Notes: generated by a model from the letters alone, not told the origin. A stretch of DNA of 57,313 nt from Octopus sinensis (GCF_006345805.1 NW_021833644.1:1-57313); one strand, 5' to 3'. Positions 24,380-37,590 are shown, counted from the first letter of the stretch. Translations and numbers: made by a program.

Positions 24380-24714
24380 GAGTACGTATACACAATATAG
24401 ATATTATACATATATGTGTATATGTATGTATGTATGAGTACGTATACACAATATAGATATTATACATATATGTGTATATATATATATATACACATGTATA
24501 TATGTATAAATTCATGCATATGTATATATACCTATATATCTATATACACATATCTATATACATATTTATATATATAATTATATACATGAATGCATTGATA
24601 TATATATATATACATGCATGTATCTACAACATACATGTTTATACATATATAAGCATATATATACATATACGTATGCATACATTCATAAATACAAACAGAC
24701 ACATAAATGTGTGC

Positions 24715-24760
<46 letters not shown>

Positions 24761-24922
24761 GCACACACATATATATATATATAAATTGTAAGTGGCTATG
24801 AATAATACTATACATAACAGTAACAACAACAATAATAACAACAATGATAATAATAATAATAATAAATGACAATCAACCACAGCAGCTGTTGTTGCTGCTG
24901 TTGTTGTCGTTTTGGTTCTTAC

Positions 24923-25106
24923 TGTTGGCGGAGCTGGTGACGGAAGCTGCACTGCTGCCGACCACAGTCTGTCCGTCGGACGTTTTGAGGATCGCGACGG
25001 GTCTGGCAAGATTGGGGGGTGGCGGTGGCGGTGGAGGCAGCATACCCGGTGAGAAGAACTGTGGCAGTTTTGTCGGACTTTTCACTGTTGGCGTGGATGG
25101 ATTGGA
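24923..25106 (-). CDS. NFI: NFI proline-rich activation-domain exon, 184 nt: SNPSTPTVKSPTKLPQFFSPGMLPPPPPPPPNLARPVAILKTSDGQTVVGSSAASVTSSAN
   Basis: Acceptor ctctcttttcttccAG|; phase 0 matches the upstream exon; donor ACA|GTAAGA. PGMLPPPPPPPPNLARPV resembles NFIA PMLPPPPPPPMARPV. Confidence 0.85.
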
Positions 25107-25500
25107 CTGGAAGAAAAGAGAGGAAGCAAAAAAAAAAAAAAAAAAAAAAGAGGAAGAAAAACAATTAGAAAAAGAGAAATAATAGTAATCATCATCATCA
25201 TACGTCTGTTTTCCATGCTAGCATGGGTTGGACGGTTCAGCTGGGGTCTGGGAAGCCAGGAGGCTGCACCAGGCTCCAGTCTGATCTGGCAGTGTTTCTA
25301 CAGCTGGATGCCCTTCCTAACGCCAACCACTCCGAGAGTTTAGTGGGTGCTTTTTATGTGCCACCTGCACAGGTGCCAGACTAGGCTGGCAAATGGCCAC
25401 GATCAGATGGTGCTTTTTACCTGCCACCGGCACGGAAATAATGATAATAATAAAAAATGGAGAAAAATAACATTAAGAAATGCTAATAATAATAATAATA

Positions 25501-26058
25501 AATGCCCTGATACAGTACCAGGCAGTGGCTCTCATGGCTTTTGATCTTAACTGATTGGAAGTATTATCACGTACATTGTTTTGTCTTGGTATAAAAGATG
25601 GGCTACAGCAAATATTCTGCTCAATACCACAGATTTGCTTGTCAGTTGTTTGACCGTAACCAGTTGAGCATGTCCCTTGGTGGCTGAAGATATGTGCATC
25701 TCTGTTCAGGAGCTGAAGTAGTTGGGGAGCATCATAACCGTGTGTTGAAAGGATTTCTTGGAGGTTTGGATAATTCACTTTTGGAAACATGGGTGTTTCG
25801 TTCAACATCCTTAAACAAACCTTATTTGGGGACCTTTTGAGCGGGATGGGCTACTCAACCTGAAGAAAATTCTAACTGGGCCCTACCTGCAAGGTCATGT
25901 GCTGTTTATCTTGATATGAGATCACCATGTTACGCACATATGGTTGTGATGCATGTGCCTGGTGTACCCTTATCAGACGGGTAGTCATGATGGGTGTACT
26001 GGTCTTCATATATTTGTACCCCAGTGTCACTTTGATGGCATGCACTACTCTCTCACTC
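25501..26058. mobile_element. ~555-bp repeat embedded in (AAT)n (second copy 53543-54098, partial inverted copy 46722-46958)
   Basis: Two highly similar copies, each flanked on both sides by AAT repeats. Confidence 0.8.
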
Positions 26059-27189
26059 AATAATTATAATAATAATAATAATCCTTTCTACTATATGCAC
26101 AAGGCCTGAAATTTTTTGGGAAGGAGGCCAGTCGATTAGATCGCCCCAGTACACAACTGGTACTCGATTTACCGACCCTCAAAAGGATGAAAGGCAAAGT
26201 TGACCTCGGTGTAATTTGAACTCAGAACATAGCAACAGGTGAAATACTGCTAAGCATTTCGTCCAGCATGCTAATGATTCTGCCAGCTCACCACCTTAAT
26301 AATAATAATAATAACAATAATAATGATAATAATAATTCCTTTGTTATTGGCCACAAGGGCTGCAAAATGTATTTAGGACAATACAAAGATGATATAATGT
26401 GGAAATTTTCATTAAAATATGTGTAATCAATAAAATGACTGCAATTTGCAAAAACCTCTTAAAGGACATGGCTCTGTGGTATGAAGTTTTCTTTCCACCT
26501 GGTTCCGTGTTCAATCCCACTGTGTGGCACCTGTGCAAGTATCTTCTATCGCCTCAGTTCAACCGAGGTCTTGGGTGTGGATTTGGTAGACGGAAACTGA
26601 AAGAAGCCTGTCGTGTGTGTGTGTGTGTATGGTAAGAAGCTTGCATCCCAACCACATGGTTCTGGGTTCAGTCCCACTGCATGGCATCTTGGGAAAGTGT
26701 CTTCTACTATAGCCTTGGGCCAACCAAAGCCTCGTGAGTGGATTTGATAGATGGAAACTGAAAGAAGCCTATTGTTTATATGTATATGTAATTTTGTGTT
26801 TGATTTTGTGTCTGAGTTTGTCTTGCTCACCACTGCATGATGACCAGTGTTGGTGTGTTTACGTCCTGTAACTTAGTGGTTTGGCAAAAGAGACTGATAG
26901 AATAGGTACTAGACTTAGTAACAAAAAGAATAAAATATACTGGAGTTGATTCATTTGACTAAAAAATTTTGAAGACAGTGCCCCAGCATGGGCACGGTCT
27001 GGAGACTGAATCAAATGAAAGATAAAAACAGTAAAATAAAATCAATTTGCAAAAAAAAATTTGTAACAAATAAATTGCTTGTTAGGGAGAAAAACACCAC
27101 CCAAAGGGAGATGAAGGAATTATACAGATTCTAAACCACCCAGTTCACCAGTGGGGTATCATGGCACGTGCTCTTTTCTCTCCTCTATT

Positions 27190-27680
27190 CTTTTCATCAT
27201 CATCATCATCATCACAACCACTACCGCTATCCTCACCACCACCCTCAACATCATCATCATCATCAATGCCACTGCCACCACAATTGCCATCATCGCCACT
27301 GACACTACAATCATTACCTGCACTGCCATCATCATCATCATCATCATCATCATGACGACTACCATCATCATCATTATCTGCCTTTAACATCGTTACCAAC
27401 ACCACCATCAGTACAATCGTCATCATCACCACCACCACCATCACCATTATCACCACCACTACCACTATCATCATCACCACCACCACCGGCCCCGCCGTTA
27501 TCACTGCGACCACCACCATCACCACCACCATCGCCACCACCATCACCACTACCACCGGCCCCGCCGTTATCACTGCGACCACCACCAACCACCAACCAGC
27601 CCTGCCGTTATCACCGTGACCACCACCAACCACCACCATTATCACTACAACCACCACCACCACCACCACCACCATCATTA
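27190..27680. repeat. (CAT)/(CAC) compound microsatellite; similar tracts at 51570-51780 and 54650-54895
   Basis: Visible directly. Confidence 0.9.
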
Positions 27681-28289
27681 GTGGTTGTTACAACAAAAAA
27701 AAAAAAAACAACAGAAATATCTTGGTTAATTTCACAGTGAAAACTTTTACATTTTTCCCCCGCCCCCGCCCCCCCCCCCCCCAAAATAAACGGTAAAGTT
27801 TTATTTATTTATTTATTTATTTATTTATCTCTTTTGTCCTTTTATTTCTCCTTCAATCAAAGTCGAAGAAATTAACTCGGAAAGAAAAAGCGCACAAAAA
27901 AAAAAAAAAAAAAATCCGACAAAAAAAAAAGAGAAAAAAACCCCAATAAAAATATAAACAAACAACCAAAAAACGAAAGTAAAAAACAAAATACAAGAAT
28001 ATATAAAAAAAAAAAAAAATAAAATAAAGATGATGCAAAACGAAAAATTTCCAGAATCTTCTTTTGTTAGATATTAAGCCAGTACTCCACCCGCCCACCC
28101 ACCCTTACCACCCCCCCCTTGCTGCTATCACTGCAGCCCCTGCACCCCATCGGGCCTCCACCCCTAATTATTGCTACCCATTAGCATTAACGTTTGACAT
28201 GTTTCCAATTGTTACTTTTGCGATTAATAGAAATCTTGGGCTTGCCTCCACCACCACCACCCCCGCCCCCACGATTGCAAATACCCCCA

Positions 28290-29000
28290 TTTCTCTGTCT
28301 GTCTGTCTGTCTGTTTACACATCTGTATGTATGTTTCTATTTGTCTGTCTATCTATCTATCTATCTTTCTATCTTTTTGTACAAGTCATTCTATGTGTAT
28401 ATCTGTGTGTGTGTCTGTCTATATATCTATCTGTCTGTCTATATCTATCTGTTTATCTATCTGTCTGTCTGTCTATCTATCTACCTGTCTGTCTACCTGT
28501 CTGTCTGTCTATCTATCTGTCTGTCTATCTGTCTGTCTACCTGTCTGTATCTGTCTATCTATCTGTTTATCTATCTATCTGTCTGTCTGTCTGTCTGTCT
28601 GTCTACCTGTCTGTCTATCTGTCTGTCTACCTGTCTGTCTATCTGTCTGTCTACCTGTCTGTCTATCTATCTATATATCTATCTGTCTATCTATCTATCT
28701 GTCTGTCTATCTGTCTGTCTACCTGTCTAGCTATCTGTCTGTCTAACTGTCTATCTACCTGTCTGTCTACCTGTCTATCTATCAATCTGTCTATATATCT
28801 GTCTATCTATCTATCTATCTATCTATCTATCAATCTGTCTATATATCTGCCTGTCTATCTATCTGTCTATCTATATGTCTATCTATCTATCTGTCTATCT
28901 GTCTGTCTACCTGTCTGTCTGTCTACCTGTCTATCTATCTCTCTCTATCTACCTGTCTCTCTCTCTCTCTCTATCTATTTATTTGTCTATATATCTATGT
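28290..29000. repeat. (TCTA)/(TCTG) tetranucleotide tract
   Basis: Visible directly; explains the 368-aa pseudo-ORF. Confidence 0.95.
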
Positions 29001-29260
29001 ATGTATGTATGGTTGGATGGAACTATTTATTGGTATGTCTGTCTATCTATTATCCATCTATTTGTCTGTCTGCTATTCAATCTCTCCATCAACTGGGCTG
29101 TTTATCTTCCTATCTATCTATCATACATACATACTTCAGGAATATTATTCCGAAATATATCAGACTATGAATGACTAAATTACAACAGGTATATAAGCCA
29201 TTGTCTGTATTATAGTGCATTGTTGTACCATTCAAAACTTCATTTTTCTTTATACGTATA

Positions 29261-30165
29261 CTAGCAGTATTGCCTGGCGTTGCTCGGGTTTGTAAGGGAA
29301 ATAACTATATCTCTTTTACTTGTTTCAGTCATTTGACTGCGGCCATGCTGGAGCACCGCCTTTAGTTGAGCAAATCGACCCCTCCGGGACTTATTCTTTT
29401 TGTAAGCCCAGTACTTATTCTATCGGTCTCTTTTTGCCGAACCGCTAAGTGACGGGGACGTAAACACACCAGCATCGGTTGTCAAGCAATGCTAGGGGAA
29501 CAAACACAGACACAGATACATATATATATATATATATATACATATATACGACAGGCTTCTTTCAGTTTCCGTCTACCAAATCCACTCACAAGGCATTGGT
29601 CGGCCCGGGGCTATAGCAGAAGACATTTGCCCAAGATGCCACGCAGTGGGACTGAACCCGGAACCATGTGGTTGGTTAGCAAGCTACTTACCACACAGCC
29701 ACTCCTGCGCCTAAGCATTTTTAGAGAGTTATAGCCAAAAAATAGCAACAAAATGCATTAAAAATGGGAAAAAAATGATGGTAAATTTTTTTTTAAATCG
29801 TTGACTCATCGTAGACATTTTTAGAGAGTTACTTCCCTTATATAATAGCGAAAAAATGCATTAAAATGGAACAAAAATGATGGTAAATTTTTTTTTAAAT
29901 CGTTGACTCATCGTAGACATTTTTAGAGAGTTACTTCCCTTATATAATAGCGAAAAAAATGCATTAAAATGGGAAAAAAATTATGTTAAATTATTTTTAA
30001 AATCGTAGACTCATCGTAGACGTGCGCTAATACCCAGAAGGGCTCGATATGAATCACGACTATAAGATACCCGGTTTTGGTTAAACTGCACCGAAAAATG
30101 TGGTAGTAGTTAGGAATATAAATCGAAGGGGACAGACACTCACACAACTACAGTTTTATATATAA
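29261..30165 (-). mobile_element. Helitron-like element interrupted by SINE A (29311-29711), with an internal ~103-bp triplication
   Basis: Homologous to 15758-16265; the SINE splits AACTATA/TAAGCATTTT. Confidence 0.8.
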
Positions 30166-30174
30166 AGATATATA

Positions 30175-31040
30175 GGTGCAGGAGTGGCTGTGTGGTAAGT
30201 AACTTGTTTACCAGCCACATGGTTCCGGGTTCAGTCCCACTGCATGTCACCTTGGGCAAGTGTCTTCTACTATAGCTTCAGGCCGACCAAAGCCTTGTGA
30301 ACAGATTTGGTAGACGGAAACTGAAAGAAGCCCGTCGTATATATGAATAAGTACTGGGCTTACAAAAGAATAAGTCCCGGGGTCGAGTTGCTCGATTAAA
30401 GGCGGTGCTCCAGCATGGCCGCAGTCAAATGACTGAAACAAGTAAAAGAGTAATATATATCTGTCTCACCATGTGAAGGTGCATGGCTTAGTGGTTAGAG
30501 CGTAGAGCTTACGTCAAACTAATACACCTGTTTGTTGTTTATACACCTGCCTTCGTCTTTTGTTTTTCTGTAAATTTCAACTATATATATGTATATATAC
30601 TAATACACAGGATATATAGGCGCAGGAGTGGCTGTGTGGTAAGTAGCTTGCTAACCAACCACATGGTTCCAAGTTCAGTCCCACTGCATGGCTCCTTGGG
30701 CAAGTGTCTTCTACTATAGCCTCGAGCCGACCAAAGCCTTGTGAGTGGATTTGGTAGACGGAAACTGAAAGAAGCCTGTCGTATATATGTATATATATAT
30801 ATATATGTGTGTGTGTGTATATGTTTGTGTGTCTGTGTTTGTCCCCCTAGCATTGCTTGACAACCGATGCTGGTGTGTTTACGTCGCCGTAACTTAGCGG
30901 TTCGGCAAAAGAGACCGATAGAATAAGTACTGGGTTTACAAAAAAAGAATAAGTCCCGGGGTCGATTTGCTCGTCTAAAGGCAGTGCTCCAACATGGCCA
31001 CAGTCAAATGACTGAAACAAGTAAAAGAGAGAAAAGAGTA
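30175..31040 (+). mobile_element. Two SINE family A copies (30175-30451 deleted; 30619-31040 full length)
   Basis: Match the other copies. Confidence 0.85.
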
Positions 31041-31269
31041 AAGAGAATATATATATATACATACATATATATACACATACGTGCGCGCGCACACACATAT
31101 ATACATCAACTGCTTGAAATGAAGAGTAGATAGGCAGCCGGCAACTGATGAAGGGTCGTTCTTTATGTTACTTGTCCTGCTTTCCATTTGTTTCTCTTGT
31201 TTGCGTATTAAACTCATTTGTTTTCTTATTTCATGTTGTTTACTGTTGGTGACATCCTGTACCCATATA

Positions 31270-31311
<42 letters not shown>

Positions 31312-31393
31312 CTATAGAAGGTACATTCTCAAGATGATTATTGTAATTTAGTAAGGGTTTCAGTAGTATCTTTCTCTCTCCCTCCTCTCTCTC

Positions 31394-31424
<31 letters not shown>

Positions 31425-32531
31425 TACAAATATATATATATACAAATATATATATCACTGTGATTACCGTTACCGACCAGGCTATCAGATGTTGCTTCAC
31501 ATCGCTGGTCACAATGCGCTTCGCATTGTTTTAGCCTTCAAATGACGCCACCCCGCTGGCTAAGCGAGCAGGCCAACAGAAGAAAGAGTGAGAGAAAGTT
31601 GTGGCGAAAGAGTACAGCAGGGGTCGCCACCACCCCCTGGCGGAGCCTCGTGGAGCTTTAGGTGTTTTCGCTCAATAAACACTCACAACGCCCACTCTGG
31701 GAATCGAAACCGCGATCCTCTGACCGTGAGTCCGTGCCCTAACCACTGGGCCATTGTGCATCCATATATGTATATATATATATACATACATACAAACATA
31801 CATCTACATACATATATATATATATAGCGTAATAAATAAAATATATGCATACATACAAACATATATGTACGTACCGACATCTACATGTATATATACATGC
31901 ATATATAAATATATATATACATACAGGACACCACAAGAAGACGTAAAAATCAACAGAAACGAAAATGGAAAAGCCATGTTGTTACAACAGAAGGACAGAG
32001 ACGTGGAACAAGACGAATCGAAAACAAAAACGGGAAAAACAATTATGTGCAGCAGAAAAACGAAGTACAGGACAGGCTACACAAGGAAAAATCCCCTTCA
32101 TCAGCTGTCGCTAGCAGACATGTGTTTCGAAGGCAGAGACAGAACATGTAAGGTCAAGCTAGGCCTTCCTACAAGAGAATTAAAATAAAATAAACTCGTA
32201 GAGGGGTGAACGAGCAGGAAAAATGTAACACAAAAAGGGACGTAACAAAGAACTGCACAAAAAATACATACAAGAATAAAATAATACAAAATTAAAGATA
32301 CATGTACACGAAAATACATAACGAGAATTAAATTACAATACAAGAAATCAAAAATAAACAAGAGAACAAACGAAAAAGACGAACGGAGGCCTTTGTTCTG
32401 GCATGGACGAGAGGGTAACTGGCGAGCGTGAGGAAACATGGCCTGAATGCAACAGGCGGAAAGGTTTATATATGTATACACATTTTTAAATGAGCAAAAC
32501 ATCATTTATGTATTTCTAATTCGATCTTTAC

Positions 32532-32674
32532 CTGATTTTGTGAGTTCTGAGCTTCCTGGCACACAAGGGACACAAAATCCGAAAATGTGTCCCCGCCAGG
32601 TTGATCCTGATATTTCATGCCTGAAGAATTTTGTCCGCCATGTCCTGATCCCATTCCCATTGATTGTTGCATAC
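32532..32674 (-). CDS. NFI: NFI internal exon, 143 nt: (G)MQQSMGMGSGHGGQNSSGMKYQDQPGGDTFSDFVSLVCQEAQNSQNQ
   Basis: Acceptor ttttgtttccgcAG|, donor CAG|GTAAAG. DTFSDFVSLVCQE resembles the conserved NFI motif (vertebrate DPLKEFVQLVC type, recalled from memory). Confidence 0.85.
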
Positions 32675-32880
32675 CTGCGGAAACAAAAAAGAAAACAGCA
32701 ACAATTAGTACCATGACATTGCATCCTTTAAGGCCCTCATGCTTTCCGAAATCCGCCGAAACTACACCTGATTATATATACACTTTAGATGAGTTGTAGT
32801 GCACCTGAGCACTGTACACAATGTTTTTATTATTTATTATTATTATTAATAGTAATAATAATAATAATAACAATAAGAAT

Positions 32881-33104
32881 AATCCTTTCTGCTTTAGGCA
32901 CAAGGCCTGAAATTTATTGGGGAGGGGCCCTAGTCGATTACATTGTCCCTAGTGTTTCACTGATACTTAATTTATCGGCCCTCAAAAGAATAAAAGGCAA
33001 AACCGACTTCGGCAGAATTTGAACTCAGAACATAGCGACAGGCGAAATACTGCTAAGCATTTCGTCCGGCATGCTAATGACTCTGCCAGCTCACTGCTCT
33101 AATA

Positions 33105-33139
<35 letters not shown>

Positions 33140-33705
33140 AATGATAATAATAATAATAATAATGATAATAATAATAATGATAATAATAATAATGATAATA
33201 ATAATAATAATAATAATAATTCCTTTTTTATAATAGGAACAAGGCTTGAAATTATTGTAGTGGGATTAAGTCAAATATGCTGACCCCTGCGTTTCACTGG
33301 TACTTAATTTATTAACCCAGAAAGGATGAAAGGCTAAGTCGACCTTGGCTGGATTTGAACTCAGAATCATAAGGACTGACAAAATACCGCTAAGCATTTC
33401 GCCTGGCGTGCTCACAATTCTGCCAGCTTGCCACCCTACTATTACCACCACCACTACTACTACGACGACAACTACTACTACTACTACTAATAATAATAAT
33501 AATAATAATCCTTTCTACTATAAGCACAAAGCCTGAAACATTAGGGGAGGTGGTTAGTCAGTTACATCAATCCCAGTGTATCACTGGTACTTGTTTTATT
33601 GACTCCGAAAGGATGAAAGGTAAAGATGACCACGGCAGAATTTGAACTCGGAACATAGTGATGGGTGAAATACCACGTGCTAATGATTCTGCCAGCTCAC
33701 TGCCC

Positions 33706-33741
<36 letters not shown>

Positions 33742-33890
33742 TGATAATCCTTTCTACTATGGAAGCAACGCCTAAAACGAGGGAGCTATTCGATTACATT
33801 GATCCCCAGTACGTAACTGGTACTTAATTTATTGACCCCGAAAGGATGAAAGGCCAAAGTCAACCTCGGCGGAATTTAAACTCAGAAGAC
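32881..33890 (-). mobile_element. Four tandem copies of SINE family C separated by (AAT)n; others at 26080-26298, 38222-38442, 54115-54330 and 55710-56122
   Basis: B box GAGTTCAAATTC followed by GTCGACTTTGCCTTTCATCCTTTCGGGGTCGATAAATTAAGTACC, which resembles the Meta-SINE domain (from memory). Confidence 0.8.
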
Positions 33891-33947
33891 AAAATCCCAA
33901 AGAAAATAATAATAACAATAATAATAATAATGGAAATAGTTCCTTAC

Positions 33948-34010
33948 CATTTGATCTATGTGATGAGTCCATGACATGGTACTGTTTTGTTGGTGACCTC
34001 AAGTTGAACT
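33948..34010 (-). CDS. NFI: NFI internal exon, 63 nt, phase 1/1: (E)FNLRSPTKQYHVMDSSHRSN(G)
   Basis: Acceptor ...ttcatcttccgcatctgtcAG|, donor AATG|GTAAGG. Only phase 1 is open, and it joins the next exon as G|GT = Gly. Confidence 0.8.
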
Positions 34011-34179
34011 CTGACAGATGCGGAAGATGAAACAAAAAAGACAAAAAAAAACTCAGTAAAATTAACAATAAAAACAACCACAAGAACAGTAAACATGACT
34101 AACAAGAAGAACAACAACAACAGTGCATATGTATATAGATATGTATGTATCTATGTTAATGGATCTCTCTATCTCTCTA

Positions 34180-34640
34180 TCCGCTCAGTCGAAGTCAACT
34201 TTCGGTTACTCGATGGATCAGTGTCCTCCAGTCAGTTCTATCCTGGGCCGCTTCTTTCAGATTGGCTATGTCCATTCCGGTATCACTCTTGATGGTGTCA
34301 AGCCAGTGGGTTCTTGGTCGGCCTCGTCCTCTCTTGCCACTGACCATTCCGAGCATGATGTCCTTCTCCAGGGATTTTCTCCGCATAATATGACCGAAAT
34401 ATGCCAATCTAAGCTTGGTGATCCTAGCTTCTAGCGACAGTTTCGGCCTGATCTGCTTAAGAACTTCTTCATTGGTCAGCTTCTTCCTCTCTTGCCACTG
34501 ACCATTCCGAGCATGATGTCCTTCTCCAGGGATTTTCTCCGCATAATATGACCGAAATATGCCAATCTATGCTTGGTGATCCTAGCTTCTAGCGACATTT
34601 TTGGCCTGATCTGCTTAAGAACTTCTCCATTGATGAGCCT
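34180..34640 (-). mobile_element. RTE/BovB-like LINE 3' fragment with internal duplication
   Basis: Near-identical to 23670-23906 in reverse; 34328-34475 is repeated at 34486-34633. Confidence 0.9.
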
Positions 34641-35731
34641 ATGCTACTGAGTTTCAGATCTGAAATTTTCAGTGAATGCAAACATATGCACGAATTTCTT
34701 TTGGCTAACTTTGGATGCCTCTCCATTGAATTATTCTACAACTAGCTTAATTGTGGCTTTAGAGTCACAGAGGACATATTTCTTATTTTCTTTCCCTTCT
34801 CTTTTTCCATTTTTATTCATCCTTCAAATTTTTTTTCTACCATCTTGATTTTTCTCATGATTTCTCTTGTATCAGCATCATATTTTGTTATTTAAACAGG
34901 CCATATTTTCAGCCTGAAGACTGATTGGAGACACAAGACCTGACATAAAAACCTGCCGAGATCAGTGTCTCCAATGCAAGAAACTATTAATAGCTTGCAT
35001 TGTTATACTGTGTAGTAATTACCCAAATGAGGGATAATTCATTAGCATCTCATCAGGCCAAAGATACCTTAGTCAAATGAAGTGTGACAAGGCTGGCCCC
35101 TTTCAAAATACCGGTACAACAGAAACAGGAAGAAAGAGTGAGAGAAAGTTAGGGTGAAAGAGTACAACAAGGTTCACCACCATCCCCTGCCGGAGCCTCG
35201 TGTAGCTTTAGGTGTTTTCGCTTAATAAACACTCACAATTCCCAGTCTGGGAAATGAAACCGCGATCCTACGACCGTGAGTCCGCTGCCCTAACCACTGG
35301 GCCATTGCGCCTCCACACACACACACACCCACATATATATATATATGTGTGTGTGTGTGTCTTTGTGTCTGTGTTTGTCCCCCCACCACTGCTTGACAAC
35401 TGGTGTTCATGTATTTACATCCCTGTGACTGAGTGGTTCAGCAAAAGAGACTGAGAGAAAAAGTAGTGGATTTGATTCATTCAATTGACATTCTGCAAGG
35501 CAGTGCTCCAGCATGGCCACAGTCTAAGGATTGAAACAAGTAAAAGAAAAAAGAAAAATCTAAATACATTTTCTGTTAATGGCATGAAATTAATTTTGCA
35601 GATTCACAACCATGGTTTTGAAAATGAAGAGAGCATTTTAAAAAAAAATAATAAATAATACTAATATCCAGTGTACTGGGCTGGATTTGAATTAGTAGTC
35701 TTAATCTTTCTGTTAATCATTTAAAAAAAAA

Positions 35732-35774
35732 ACTCGGAGATGTTTCAGTCTTATTCAGACCTCCTCAGTGAAGT
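35732..35774 (-). ncRNA. Hammerhead-like motif (decayed)
   Basis: CUGAGGA-GGUCU-GAAUA-AGACU-GAAA-CA-UC; clean stem II; stem III CG appears mutated to CA. Confidence 0.5.
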
Positions 35775-36066
35775 ACGTTCTACTCGGGTGGTGAGACTGA
35801 GAGTGATTAAAAAGACAGGCAGGTAGTTCTATTGATAGATAGATAGGTAGATGGACACACAGACAGACAAATGGATAAATAGATCGGTAGATCAGTAGAC
35901 AAAAAAAAAAATAGAGAGAAATGATAGACAGATGGATAGACAAATAGACAATTTTTAAACTGTGAAGTAGAAATCCAAGTTTTGTTTTTTGTGCTCCTTA
36001 TAACTGAAAGTATGCTGTTTACAAGTCCTTTATGTATGTACCATTGGATTTTCAGCAAAATGCTCC

Positions 36067-36668
36067 AATGACGACATATCTGAAACCAGCTAGCTACTAA
36101 AATTATACACTGATGACACAGTTTAAACCACCTAGCTGCTAAAATGACACGATGACGCGAAACAGCTGTAACCTGCTAGTTGCTAAAATCATATACTGAT
36201 GACGCAGTTTAAACCATCTAGCTGCTAAAATGACATGATGACGAAACAGCTTCAACCAGCTAGTTGCTAAAATCAGTGATAACACAGCCTAAACCACCTA
36301 GCTGCTAAAATGACACGATGACGCGAAACAGCTGTAACCAGCTAATTGCTAAAATCATACAATGATGACGAAACAGCTGTAACCAGCTAGTTGCTAAAAT
36401 CATACAATGATGACACAGTTTAAACTACCTAGCTGCTAAAATGACACTATGACGAAACAGCTGTAACCAGCTAGCTGCCAAAATCATACAATGATGATGA
36501 AACAGCTGTAACCAGCTAGCTGCCAAAATCATGCAATGATGATGGCTTAAATCACCAAGCCGCTATAATCACACGACAGCAATACAACTGAAACCAGCTA
36601 GCTGCTAAAATGACATGATGACGAAACAGCTGTAACCAGCAACCTGCTAAAATCACATGTTGATGACT
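36067..36668. repeat. 38-45-bp minisatellite, ~14 units with alternating A/B variants
   Basis: Units of the type AACCAGCTAGCTGCTAAAATGACACGATGACG(CG)AAACAGCTGT. Confidence 0.9.
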
Positions 36669-37012
36669 GCTGACAGCACCAAAGCAACATTCCTCGCAAA
36701 TTTTTGAACTGTTTTAAATAAGTACGAACAGGTAGAAACACTTTCCTATCATTGGTCATGAGGACAATACACTGTTCTGTTTAACAATAAAATAAATAGT
36801 TTTGCATTTAAAATTTCAAAGAAACTCCATGTTCTTCGTTCTTGTATTCATCAATATCTGCTCAGCTCAGCCAAATCATTTTAGGGGCAACAACTTAAAA
36901 CAGAACAATTTTATTACTGTACCCACTAGGAGTTCTCCCTCTTTGCTCTCTGGATTGAAATCCTATAGAGGCCCTTCACCATTTCTCGTGTCAGTTAAAA
37001 AAAGTATATATC

Positions 37013-37590
37013 TTCATAGCTAAGCAATTGATAGGCAAAGCCAAACAAGATACCTTGTGGTATCTGATCCTTCCCTTTTTATTCTGAATTCAAATCCCGC
37101 CAAGGTCAACTTAGCCATACACCCTTTTTTGGGATCAATGAAAAATATGTCTTTATAGCTAAGCAATTGATGGACAAAACATTTAGAGGGCCAAACAAGA
37201 ATCCTTGTGGTACCTGATCCTTCCCTTTTTATTCTGAATTCAAATCCCGCCAAGGCCAACTTAGCCATACACCCTTTTTTGGGGATTAACGAAAAATATA
37301 TCTCTATAGTTAAGCAATTGATGGACAAAACATTTAGGGGGCCAAACAAAAATCCTTGTGGTACCTGGTCCCACTCTTTCTGTCCTGAGTTCAAATCCCA
37401 CCAAAATCAACATTGTCTTTAATTGTTTCAGGGTCAATGAAAACTATACCATTTTAGGGACAGTGGACGAGCAAAACAGAAGTTTGAGGGGTTGGATATC
37501 ACAAGGTGTGATATCTAAATTCCGCTCTTTCTGTTCTGAGTGCAAATCCTTCTGAGATCAACTTCATCTTTTACTATTTTTTGGAGTCAA
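37013..37590 (+). repeat. Tandem ~140-152-bp amplification of a SINE-C-derived segment
   Basis: Units start near 37017, 37156 and 37307; each contains TGAATTCAAATCCCGCCAAGGTCAAC or a variant. Confidence 0.75.

Noticed and set aside
28064-29170. 368-aa hydrophobic ORF
   Set aside because: Translation of (TCTA/TCTG)n.
35761-35796. Constitutive 36-nt coding exon SHHPSRTYFTEE
   Set aside because: Its phase is incompatible with the following phase-1 exon, the donor is weak, and it is better explained as a hammerhead-repeat remnant.
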